A stretch of 64,000 nt of DNA from a virus (IMGVR_UViG_3300005805_009577:1-64000); one strand, 5' to 3'. Counted from the first letter of the stretch, positions 19,452-27,452 are shown. Made by a program: numbers and translations. Notes: generated by a model from the sequence alone, not told the origin.

Positions 19452-19457
19452 GGTACG
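19452..19457 (+). promoter_or_regulatory. RGTACG motif, copy 3
   Basis: TTTTTCGT-GGTACG, 20 nt before ATG 19478. Confidence 0.55.
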
Positions 19458-19477
19458 TCCTTTCCACGGAGGACTTT

Positions 19478-19693
19478 ATGAATTGTTCTGTTTGTAATAA
19501 AGAAGTGCTAAAAGAAAGGTATGAATTTCTTTTAGAAACAAAAAGAAAAATTATTTGTTTATCTTGTGCAAACGAGCCCAAAAGAACGGGCTTAATGGAT
19601 TTTAATCATAAAACAGCCCCACAGTTAGTTATCTTGCCAGAAGATCCAGAAATTAAAAGAATTGCTCGTCGTGCTTTTTGTAGGTCCCGTTAA
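19478..19693 (+). CDS. TraR/DksA-like C4 zinc-finger protein
   Basis: CSVCNKEVLKERYE...ICLSC matches CxxC..I..ER...CxxC; GGAGG RBS. Confidence 0.6.
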   Translation: MNCSVCNKEVLKERYEFLLETKRKIICLSCANEPKRTGLMDFNHKTAPQLVILPEDPEIKRIARRAFCRSR

Positions 19694-19710
19694 AAATTAA
19701 GGAGAATAAA

Positions 19711-19974
19711 ATGGCTCAGTCAGTAATAAATAATGTTGAGGAAAACATCGAAGTGACCGAAGAAAAAAAATTATCGGAAGACCAAATTCTAGATATGCTT
19801 TTTGCACAGATCGAAAAGCCAAAAAACTATTATAAGATTAAAGCAATCAATGTGTATGATAACGCTTACCGCGTTAATATCTGGTGCGAATATGAAGAAA
19901 ATAATTTAACTAAAAGGAAAATTGGTTATAGTTATTTTATTAAGGTTTATGGAAAAGAATTGATTGTAAAGTAA
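19711..19974 (+). CDS. Hypothetical protein
   Basis: AAGGAG RBS; NVYDNAYRVNIW. Confidence 0.7.
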   Translation: MAQSVINNVEENIEVTEEKKLSEDQILDMLFAQIEKPKNYYKIKAINVYDNAYRVNIWCEYEENNLTKRKIGYSYFIKVYGKELIVK

Positions 19975-20007
19975 TAATTGTAAAGTAATTTTTTTCATGG
20001 ATGATTT

Positions 20008-21033
20008 ATGTCTTTTGATATCAATAATAGCTTAGAAACTTTAAGCAAGTATATAGGTGACAGCCAGCCACTTTGCTTAATTGTTTTTCAAGAATATGGT
20101 CCCTGGAGTCACGAAGATAGGTTAGATTCCGATTGTAATCTTATATCTGATGTTTTGGTTAATAAAAAATTAGAGAACTTTAATTGGTTTAGTTTTTGTG
20201 TGGGCTTGATCATTAGATTAGAAAAAGAGAATAGATTCGATCTTTTTAATTTAGATTTCTTTTCTAGTTCTATAGACAATACAAAAAAGAGAATTGATAG
20301 TAAAAATTTGCCCAAGTCAGAAATAGGATTTAAAGGATGGCATGTTATTGGCTATGATTCTTTAGATTTTTTTGATGGGTCAAAAAAAGAAAAAATTAGT
20401 AATAGAAAAAATTTAAGACTTAAAAAAGAGGGGAAAATATTAGAAGAAGATAAAAGTCTTTTTTGTGAAGTTGCAAGAAAGGATGATCTCGTATTATACT
20501 TCCTCCCCGCTCTTGAGGAAAAAGAAAAAGATTTGGATAAGCTTGAATCCCAAAAAAAATCAAGAAAAAGATTGCTTTGCAAATACGGTAAAAACACAGA
20601 GTGGTGTACCGCCAATCCTACAGGCGATCATTCTGATTCTTTTGCTTTTATGCCAATTTATATTCTTCATGTTATGATTGGCGACGAATATAAGCCCATG
20701 TACCAATTCACAGAGGGCCAATTTAGAGATAAGTCAAACGAAGAAATATTTAGTGAATCTTATTTGCCTTCTGATATTTGTTCTTTTTTGTCTAGCAATA
20801 TTAAAAACTTAGAATCTTTTTTTGAAGAAGATAGTGACGAAGACGACTATGATGACTATTACGATGATGATGAAGATGAAGACGAAGATGATGACGACTA
20901 TGAAGATGATGAAGATGAAGATGATGAAGATGAAGATGAAATAGATAATGATGAAGATGAGTGGGATGAAGAAGATGAAGATGATGAAGATGAGTGGGAT
21001 GAAGATGAAGATGAAGATGAAGATGAAGATTAA
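20008..21033 (+). CDS. Hypothetical protein with a YGxxTxWCT motif and a long acidic tail
   Basis: CKYGKNTEWCTA; C-terminal ~69 aa are almost all D/E. Confidence 0.7.
   Translation: MSFDINNSLETLSKYIGDSQPLCLIVFQEYGPWSHEDRLDSDCNLISDVLVNKKLENFNWFSFCVGLIIRLEKENRFDLFNLDFFSSSIDNTKKRIDSKNLPKSEIGFKGWHVIGYDSLDFFDGSKKEKISNRKNLRLKKEGKILEEDKSLFCEVARKDDLVLYFLPALEEKEKDLDKLESQKKSRKRLLCKYGKNTEWCTANPTGDHSDSFAFMPIYILHVMIGDEYKPMYQFTEGQFRDKSNEEIFSESYLPSDICSFLSSNIKNLESFFEEDSDEDDYDDYYDDDEDEDEDDDDYEDDEDEDDEDEDEIDNDEDEWDEEDEDDEDEWDEDEDEDEDED
20824..21030 (+). repeat. Low-complexity GAT/GAA (Asp/Glu) repeat
   Basis: Many GATGAAGAT units, including a duplicated GATGAAGATGAGTGGGATGAA. Confidence 0.9.
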
Positions 21034-21053
21034 TATTTATTGAAATTCTTGCC

Positions 21054-21248
21054 ATGAGTCAGGCTACCATAAAATTTAAAGTAAAACAGGATCCAATTAC
21101 GAAGAACTTAGAATTACAAATTTATCGTAATTGCGGCAAAGAAAAAGATGAATGGTTTATGGTTGACAGGTTTAATGAATTGACGGCAAGAGAGCTAAAA
21201 GGTCTCGCAGATTTTATTAATTCATTGTTTGTTAAAAAAGAAAAATAA
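21054..21248 (+). CDS. Hypothetical protein
   Basis: 64-aa ORF. Confidence 0.55.
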   Translation: MSQATIKFKVKQDPITKNLELQIYRNCGKEKDEWFMVDRFNELTARELKGLADFINSLFVKKEK

Positions 21249-21249
21249 A

Positions 21250-21633
21250 ATGGCACATCCTTATCATCATGCTATAAGTAGTGTAAAAAAGTGGGGCGGC
21301 AAGCCAGAAGATTATCAAGCTATTCATGATTGGTTTGATGAAAGTAAAAGCCATATTGCCGATATAAGGCATCGTGCTTTAAGGCACCATAGCGAAGGCA
21401 TATTCATGGCAGAAAAAATATTCGGAACAACTATAAAAATTTCCACAGGAAGAAAAATCCCTGTTAGATTTATAGGCGAACAACATGTAATAGAAGACTT
21501 TGGATTTATACCAACGGTTTCTGATTTTCTAAAAAATATAAAAGTAGAGTCTTGGATGATTGGAAACAGAAAATTTAAGCCACCGGAATCTTTAGAGACT
21601 GTTAAAAAGAAAACAAAGCTCAATAAAAAATGA
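21250..21633 (+). CDS. DUF6915-like protein (copy 1)
   Basis: MAHPYHHAISSVKKWGGKPEDY..IHDWFDESK...RHRALRHHSEGIF...IGEQHVIED. Confidence 0.75.
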   Translation: MAHPYHHAISSVKKWGGKPEDYQAIHDWFDESKSHIADIRHRALRHHSEGIFMAEKIFGTTIKISTGRKIPVRFIGEQHVIEDFGFIPTVSDFLKNIKVESWMIGNRKFKPPESLETVKKKTKLNKK

Positions 21634-22283
21634 GAGTTATTCCTTTTTATGGATTAAGACGTTCGGGCATTCACGCTGTATTAGAGTGGCTTACACACTC
21701 GCTAGGAGATGGAGGACAAAGGGTAGAATTACAAGAAAATAGAATTATAAGATATAACAACGCGGCATATTTAAACGATTGCAGCACTTGGGAATCTGAT
21801 AAGATAGAAGGTTATTTGCAAGATTGTGATTTAAATTTTGTTTTGGTATCGTACGAAGACACCAGTTTAGATTTTTCCTACTACGCCACATCAGAAAAGC
21901 CTATTGTCGTTATAAGAGATATAAAAAACTTAGCAGCAAGCAGAATAAGATCTTGGAAGACTTTTAATGAAGAAGTTTTAAATAATTGGATAGAACACGC
22001 ACAGTCAGAAAGCAAACAAATGTCCAGAATAATAAGATATGAAAGTTGGCTGACAGATAAAGGCTATAGAAATGGTTTTGTTTCATGCTACAATAAGCAA
22101 AATTTAGATAAAACAGATTATGTTTCTAAATTCGGCAGTGGAAGTTCTTTTATAGGAAGAAAACTTGATAAAGTTGATAAACTGCTTAATCGTTGGAAGC
22201 AAATTGGCTTTTCCGATAATGTAAAAAGCCTCCTAGAAAAAGAAGAAGTAAGCGAAGCTAGGAAATTAATGGGATATTTATAA
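21630..22283 (+). CDS. P-loop sulfotransferase-like protein
   Basis: GLRRSGIHA (PAPS loop-like), VIRD...ASR, IRYE. Confidence 0.6.
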   Translation: MRVIPFYGLRRSGIHAVLEWLTHSLGDGGQRVELQENRIIRYNNAAYLNDCSTWESDKIEGYLQDCDLNFVLVSYEDTSLDFSYYATSEKPIVVIRDIKNLAASRIRSWKTFNEEVLNNWIEHAQSESKQMSRIIRYESWLTDKGYRNGFVSCYNKQNLDKTDYVSKFGSGSSFIGRKLDKVDKLLNRWKQIGFSDNVKSLLEKEEVSEARKLMGYL

Positions 22284-22296
22284 TAGGAATATTAAA

Positions 22297-22728
22297 ATGT
22301 ATAAAAATGATGATAAAGATGTTTTCTGTAAAATTTTTAAATCTCTAGGATTTAAAAGAATAGAAGCCGACTTTAACGGCTACGCTGATAGCGGAAATAT
22401 AGACTCTGTTTCTTTGATAGAAAATTCAGGTCGGCAAATTACAGTAGGTTTTGGCTCTGAATTAAATGAAGCTTTGTCTGAAAAAATTAATACCAAAAAC
22501 AACCTATTAAATCAATTTGATAATAATATTAAAAGTATAGCAAGCCAATATAAAGACTTGGCAACTTATTTAGAACATACCTTGTGGGATTTTTTGCCTG
22601 GAGGGTTTGAAATAAATGAGGGTAGTTATGGCACGATAGAAGTTGATCTCAAAACCGGAAAAATTGATATTGACCAAAACTATAACCCAGAGTATGATGG
22701 CGAAGATTCTGAATTTATTGATAATTAA
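22297..22728 (+). CDS. DUF6878-like protein
   Basis: IEADFNGYADSGNIDSV...GFEINEGSYGTI. Confidence 0.65.
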   Translation: MYKNDDKDVFCKIFKSLGFKRIEADFNGYADSGNIDSVSLIENSGRQITVGFGSELNEALSEKINTKNNLLNQFDNNIKSIASQYKDLATYLEHTLWDFLPGGFEINEGSYGTIEVDLKTGKIDIDQNYNPEYDGEDSEFIDN

Positions 22729-22773
22729 AAAAGCTTTTTTAGTTGAAAACGGACTTTCATATAAAGGAAAAAA

Positions 22774-23151
22774 ATGTTTGTTCTCAAGAATTTTAATGGA
22801 GAAGATCTTGAAATATTTTTTGATATATTCGCTGAACTAGGTATTAAAGAAATAGAAGCAGATTACATGGGTCAAGGAGAAACAGAAGAGTTTAATGTTT
22901 ATTGTTGGAGTGAAGAAAACGAGGAAATAGACATAAAAGATAACACCAAATATCCAGAAAATTATCGAGAATATATCAATAATAATTATGACGGAAGTCT
23001 AGCCAGATATTTAGATTCTTTTATGCGTAATTGCATACCTATTGATTACAAAGAAAATTTTGGAAGTTTTGGTGTTATAAAGTTTAAAATGGATGAAAGA
23101 GATTATGAGATTATTAAGTTTGAATACTCTGGTAGCCTAGAGGATTTTTAA
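22774..23151 (+). CDS. Divergent paralog of the preceding DUF6878-like protein
   Basis: LGIKEIEADYMGQGE...ENFGSFGVI parallels LGFKRIEADFNGYAD...INEGSYGTI. Confidence 0.55.
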   Translation: MFVLKNFNGEDLEIFFDIFAELGIKEIEADYMGQGETEEFNVYCWSEENEEIDIKDNTKYPENYREYINNNYDGSLARYLDSFMRNCIPIDYKENFGSFGVIKFKMDERDYEIIKFEYSGSLEDF

Positions 23152-23318
23152 TGAATAGAAAAACTTTTTTGTTATGTTTGGCGTCTGTTCTTTCTATGGG
23201 CTTTACGGCAAAAACCTATAGATACAAATGCCCTAAATGCAAGTTAATACAAGAGTATGGGACTCCTGGGGTCAAGCGTTGTCCGAACGACAAAACAATA
23301 ATGATAAGACAGAATTAG
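23151..23318 (+). CDS. 55-aa exported zinc-ribbon-like protein (absent from the ORF track)
   Basis: MNRKTFLLCLASVLSMG (Tat-like leader), YKCPKC...KRCPND. Confidence 0.6.
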   Translation: MNRKTFLLCLASVLSMGFTAKTYRYKCPKCKLIQEYGTPGVKRCPNDKTIMIRQN

Positions 23319-23327
23319 GAGATTTTT

Positions 23328-24230
23328 GTGAAGGTAAATCATAAAAGATTGCAAAAAATAAAGAGCAGCATACCAATTAGATTTTTTCACGAAAAAAGTT
23401 TTGACACATCATTTAGAAATAAAATATTATCTGACATACCGCTCGATTATAGCAAAGTTGATTATAGCAATATATTGGCTTGTTCCCCTTTATTAAATAA
23501 AGACCAAGAACAGCATCTTTTTAGAAAATATAATTATTTTAAATATAGAATATTGAAGTTGACAACTGGCGTCAAAAAGTCAGAAGTTAATCCACATCTT
23601 AAGTTTTCCAAGCCTGTAAATTTAGAAAAGCTTGGTGATAAATCTTTAAAAGAGATTGAAAGATTAATCTTTCAATCTAATAAAATAAGAAATTTACTTT
23701 TAGAGTCTAATTTAAGATTGATAATCAAACAACTTTCTAGATATTACCAAGTCGATTCATACAACAGAGATGAATTTTTTTCTCACGGATATTGTCATGT
23801 TTTAAAGGCAGTTGATTGTTTTGATTACAGAAAAGGTTTTAAATTTTCTACTTATTGTATAAATGTTTTGCAAACTAATTTTTATAGAGATTCTTCTTAT
23901 GTAAGAAAATTAAGCGAAAACTTATCTCAATTCGAAGATATTGAAATAGAAGATAAAAAAGAAGTTGATTACTCTGAAATAAATCAGGGTTATAATATAA
24001 AATTTATTAATGAAATGTTCGATAAAATAAAAATTAAATTGAAAAATCCTGATATAAAAATCAAGATTGTTAGAGACTATTATGGATTAGATGGCGATCA
24101 AAAGAATCTTTGCCAATTAGCTAAAGAGCTTAATTTGAGTAAAGAAAGAATAAGACAAATAAAGCTAGAAGTTTTAAGGTATTTGTCAAACAAGGTTGCA
24201 AAAGAAGTTGTTTATGACCCTTTAGTTTGA
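23328..24230 (+). CDS. Sigma-70 family RNA polymerase sigma factor
   Basis: LLNKDQEQHLFRKYNYFKY, ESNLRLI, KAVDCFDYRKGFKFSTY, LNLSKERIRQI (regions 2 and 4). Confidence 0.9.
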   Translation: MKVNHKRLQKIKSSIPIRFFHEKSFDTSFRNKILSDIPLDYSKVDYSNILACSPLLNKDQEQHLFRKYNYFKYRILKLTTGVKKSEVNPHLKFSKPVNLEKLGDKSLKEIERLIFQSNKIRNLLLESNLRLIIKQLSRYYQVDSYNRDEFFSHGYCHVLKAVDCFDYRKGFKFSTYCINVLQTNFYRDSSYVRKLSENLSQFEDIEIEDKKEVDYSEINQGYNIKFINEMFDKIKIKLKNPDIKIKIVRDYYGLDGDQKNLCQLAKELNLSKERIRQIKLEVLRYLSNKVAKEVVYDPLV

Positions 24231-24422
24231 CTTCTTCTTTTTCTTCTTTTTCTTTTTTTTATCCGGAGGATTTGTTTTTACTTTTCTAGATGCGTCTAAG
24301 TAAGGCGTATATCTAGTAAAATATGATTTTGGATAATTGCCAATACCTCCATATAAAGGAGGGTATATTCCAACTATATCTTCTCCAAATGTTCTCTTTA
24401 CATATTCACTAAAAGTTATCAT
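24222..24422 (-). CDS. Small basic protein
   Basis: MITFSEYV...GIYPPLYGGIGNYP...poly-Lys tail. Confidence 0.6.
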   Translation of the reverse strand: MITFSEYVKRTFGEDIVGIYPPLYGGIGNYPKSYFTRYTPYLDASRKVKTNPPDKKKKKKKKKKSN

Positions 24423-24458
24423 ATAAATTATATATAATAAAATTTAAAAAATTTTTTT

Positions 24459-24464
24459 GGTACG
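24459..24464 (+). promoter_or_regulatory. RGTACG motif, copy 4
   Basis: ATTTTTTT-GGTACG, 26 nt before ATG 24491. Confidence 0.55.
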
Positions 24465-24490
24465 CCAAGAGTTTGTAAGGGAGTACAAAT

Positions 24491-24748
24491 ATGAATATGC
24501 AATATGGAAATTGCCTTACGGGTGCGTTATTTTTAATGCTAAGAGAAAGAAGAAATAGGCCTAAATTTATAATTAGAGTTAGACCAGGAACATTTGTTCC
24601 TCATTTTATGGTTAGAACCAAAGATAAATTACATCACTATAGGGTAATCAAAGATATTCTTTGTTGGCCTTTTTGTTATTTAGTTTTTAGGGGAGAACTA
24701 CAAACGGTAAGCGTATCTGAAGAAGATAATTATATAAAGCGTTATTAA
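24491..24748 (+). CDS. Hypothetical protein
   Basis: GGGAG RBS; NCL...PHF pattern. Confidence 0.65.
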   Translation: MNMQYGNCLTGALFLMLRERRNRPKFIIRVRPGTFVPHFMVRTKDKLHHYRVIKDILCWPFCYLVFRGELQTVSVSEEDNYIKRY

Positions 24749-24749
24749 A

Positions 24750-25130
24750 ATGTCTACCTGTACCGAAAAAATTGATAGTTTTAATGCAATAAAAGAAAAT
24801 TTAGATCAGTTAGAATCTTTGCTAAAAGAAGATTTTGGAGTAGAAGTTAAAGTTATAATTGAATCACATCCAAAAGGTTTTTTATTAACAAGCACACCCA
24901 TAAAAGACATGGGCATATTTAACTATGCTTACGAAGAATGCAAGTTTGACAGCTTTAATATAATAAAACAAAATGAAGATAAATATTTTATTTACGACAT
25001 AAATTTGCGGTATACATATAAAGGTGGTGGCAGTAATGGCTGTAGTTTAGGTAAAGGATATATTTATAATTCTATTACTAAAAACTGGTATAGAATAAAC
25101 AAAGAGTTAAAAAACTTTAAAGCACATTAA
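24750..25130 (+). CDS. Hypothetical protein
   Basis: 126-aa coupled ORF. Confidence 0.65.
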   Translation: MSTCTEKIDSFNAIKENLDQLESLLKEDFGVEVKVIIESHPKGFLLTSTPIKDMGIFNYAYEECKFDSFNIIKQNEDKYFIYDINLRYTYKGGGSNGCSLGKGYIYNSITKNWYRINKELKNFKAH

Positions 25131-25132
25131 TT

Positions 25133-25765
25133 ATGTTATATCAAGAATTTCATTATCTTTATCCACCCCGACCAGAAAATGCTGTAACAGCAGGTAGAAT
25201 TTCTTTTTATGAAAAGCATGGTTATGTAGGCCAATATAAAAAGAATGGAACATGCAGTATATTTGCAATAAAAGCTCCTGATACTTTTATATCAATGACT
25301 CGTCATAACGACGATCATAAGCAATGGGGTTTTTCCAAATACTTTAAAGATTGTTTTGCAAAATATTGCGAACCAGGGCTTTGGTATTATTTTGTTGGAG
25401 AAGTTCTTCATTCTAAAACAGTTGATATTAAAGATACTGTTTATATTTTTGATGTTTTAGTTAGTGAGTCTGTTTATTTGTATGGAGAAACTTTTGAAGA
25501 CAGACAGAACACTTTAAAAAGAATTTTTAAAGCAGATGAAAAGCAAGAAGATTATAGTCACTATGTTATAGAAGAAAGATTCTGGCTTGCTAAAAATTTC
25601 GAATCTGATATCTATAAAAAATTCAAAGAAATAAAAGATACTAGCGTGGATGAAGGTTTTGTATTAAAGAAAAAGAATTCTATCTTAGAAGATTGTGCCA
25701 AAAAGACCAATAATCAATCTTGGCAAATGAAGTTCAGACACCCCAGTAAAAAGTATCAGTTTTAG
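25133..25765 (+). CDS. ATP-dependent ligase-family nucleotidyltransferase, catalytic core only (no OB domain)
   Basis: Motif I YKKNG, III FVGEV, IIIa YIFDV, IV EGFVLK, V QMKFR; ends 8 aa later. Confidence 0.7.
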   Translation: MLYQEFHYLYPPRPENAVTAGRISFYEKHGYVGQYKKNGTCSIFAIKAPDTFISMTRHNDDHKQWGFSKYFKDCFAKYCEPGLWYYFVGEVLHSKTVDIKDTVYIFDVLVSESVYLYGETFEDRQNTLKRIFKADEKQEDYSHYVIEERFWLAKNFESDIYKKFKEIKDTSVDEGFVLKKKNSILEDCAKKTNNQSWQMKFRHPSKKYQF

Positions 25766-25793
25766 AAAATTTGTACTATAATAATTGAATCAA

Positions 25794-25882
25794 AGAAGTC
25801 AGGCAGATACTGGTTTGCTGCACAGCTTTGCTAAGGCTGCCCGGGCTAAAACCCGGTAAGAGTTCGATTCTCTTGGCTTCTG
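25794..25882 (+). tRNA. tRNA-Ser(GCT)
   Basis: AGAAGTC/GGCTTCT acceptor, CAGCT-TTGCTAA-GGCTG anticodon arm, long variable arm, AAGAG-TTCGATT-CTCTT, G73; no encoded CCA. Confidence 0.9.
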
Positions 25883-25886
25883 TTAT

Positions 25887-26354
25887 ATGAATACATGTAA
25901 CTTTTGTGAAAGGCTTATTAACAATAAAGGGTCTTTAGCAGCCCATATTAAGTGTTGTAAAAATAATCCTAATAAAATTAAGCATAATCACTCTAAACTA
26001 GCAGGACAGAAAAAAGGCTGTATTCCTTGGAATAAAAATAAAACATTTGAGGATAAAACGAATTTAAAGCTAATTGAAAAAGTAGAAAGTGGAAAATATA
26101 AAAATTATTCTGACAATAGTATACGAAGATTAATTAGAGCATACCTAATAAATCGACATGGCCACAAATGTATGATTTGTGGATTCGAGCAGTGGCTAGG
26201 CAACAAGATACCTTTGGTTTGCGATCATATTGATGGCGACTCTAATAATAATGAAATAAATAACTTTAGAGTTATATGCAATAATTGTGATTCTATTTTG
26301 CCAACTTTTAAGGGCAAAAATAGAGGTAAAGGTAGAGCAAAAAGATATAATTAG
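25887..26354 (+). CDS. HNH endonuclease
   Basis: CMICG...LVCDHIDGDSNNNEINNFRVICNNCD. Confidence 0.9.
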   Translation: MNTCNFCERLINNKGSLAAHIKCCKNNPNKIKHNHSKLAGQKKGCIPWNKNKTFEDKTNLKLIEKVESGKYKNYSDNSIRRLIRAYLINRHGHKCMICGFEQWLGNKIPLVCDHIDGDSNNNEINNFRVICNNCDSILPTFKGKNRGKGRAKRYN

Positions 26355-26355
26355 A

Positions 26356-26380
26356 AAAGGTTCGAATCCCTCAGTTCCCG
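26356..26380 (+). pseudogene. tRNA 3'-end remnant
   Basis: AAAGG-TTCGAAT-CCCTC-AGTTCCC-G: T arm plus acceptor 3' strand, with no 5' half seen. Confidence 0.55.
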
Positions 26381-26411
26381 TTAATATTTATTATAGACCA
26401 ATTGCTTGGTA

Positions 26412-26545
26412 CTGGCGAAACAGGATTTGAACCTGTAACCTAGCGGTTATTCCACTTTTGGGATTTCAACCCAATAACTTCCGGTTTTTTGACCTCTGTA
26501 AGTGGCTTTGTACAGCCGCCCGCTCTACCGTTGAGCTATTCGCCA
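26412..26545 (-). tRNA. Intron-containing tRNA, best read as tRNA-Asn(GTT); 62-nt insert at 26450..26511
   Basis: TGGCGAA/TTCGCCA acceptor, GCTC-AACGGTA-GAGC, GGCGG-CTGT|TAA-CCGCT, ACAGG-TTCAAAT-CCTGT, G73. Confidence 0.8.
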
Positions 26546-26597
26546 AAGAAATCATTATACCAAAAATTTTCCCCTTCTCAAACAAAAAATTTTCTTC

Positions 26598-26626
26598 TTG
26601 ACAAAACCAAAAATTTTTTTTAGAAT
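26598..26626 (+). promoter_or_regulatory. Near-consensus sigma-70 promoter, divergent from the intron tRNA
   Basis: TTGACA, 17 bp spacer, TAGAAT; a TG-G-TATAAT element on the minus strand precedes the tRNA. Confidence 0.7.
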
Positions 26627-26702
26627 GTCGCTATTGCGACATTCCTAGTTCACTGGAAAAAAATTGGAGAACTTTCTTAAAAATAATTTAAATTTGTTTC
26701 TC

Positions 26703-26708
26703 GGTACG
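26703..26708 (+). promoter_or_regulatory. RGTACG motif, copy 5
   Basis: TTTGTTTCTC-GGTACG upstream of 26764. Confidence 0.55.
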
Positions 26709-26763
26709 TCCATCGGGTAGTCAGGCTTACAGTAAACAATTTTTAGAAAAGGGATTAATACAA

Positions 26764-27447
26764 ATGGCTAAGAAACCTAGTGCTTTCGGAAGTGTTTTGT
26801 CTGAAAAGGCTCCCGAAGATAAGAAGGCGGGAAAGAGCAAGGATATTTACAAGTTTGTCGAATCTGGTCCTGGCGATCAGAATCTTTTTGATGTTGTTAA
26901 TGCTCTTAAGTCTGCTAAGAACATTATTGACGGCGAACTTAAGATTCTTGAAGAGCAGCTTAAGAGTACTGTTCTTCTCGACAAGTTTGTTGAAATTGGA
27001 ATGAACTCGCATCGTCGTCCCGAAAGTTTTGAGGGGCAGGGTGATGTAAGCAGTGCTACGATTACCATTTCTAGTGCTACTAGGAGTGATATTGATAGCA
27101 AGGCTAGGGAAACCCTTGAGTCTTATGATGTTGACTTCAATTACAAGGAGACTGTTGCTATCCGTAGCAACGTTCTTGAAAACGAAGAAATGGTTCATAA
27201 GATTGTTGATGCTCTCACTAATGCTGGAATTGATGTGAACTCTGTGCTTGAAAAGACCACTAAGGTCGTTGCGAGCGATAAGACGATTGATAGCATTTTT
27301 GAGAAGATTCCCAATAAGAATGATGTGCGTGAACTTCTTAAGAAGGTCAGCAGCATCAGCATTCGTAGTGGTAAGTTTAGTGATGATCCCGAAGATGCCC
27401 GGAATACTGTAGCCGACATTATCAAGAGTTTCGGTATCTTCGGTTGA
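26764..27447 (+). CDS. Hypothetical protein, probably highly expressed
   Basis: Biased codon use (AAG, CTT, GTT, GCT, CGT); flanked by a promoter and a terminator. Confidence 0.8.
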   Translation: MAKKPSAFGSVLSEKAPEDKKAGKSKDIYKFVESGPGDQNLFDVVNALKSAKNIIDGELKILEEQLKSTVLLDKFVEIGMNSHRRPESFEGQGDVSSATITISSATRSDIDSKARETLESYDVDFNYKETVAIRSNVLENEEMVHKIVDALTNAGIDVNSVLEKTTKVVASDKTIDSIFEKIPNKNDVRELLKKVSSISIRSGKFSDDPEDARNTVADIIKSFGIFG

Positions 27448-27452
27448 TTGTG

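Noticed and set aside
26412-26545. Calling the intron tRNA Tyr(GTA) with a canonical 37/38 intron
   Set aside because: Geometrically possible, but U1-A72, G73 and the short variable arm fit Asn better; kept only as an alternative
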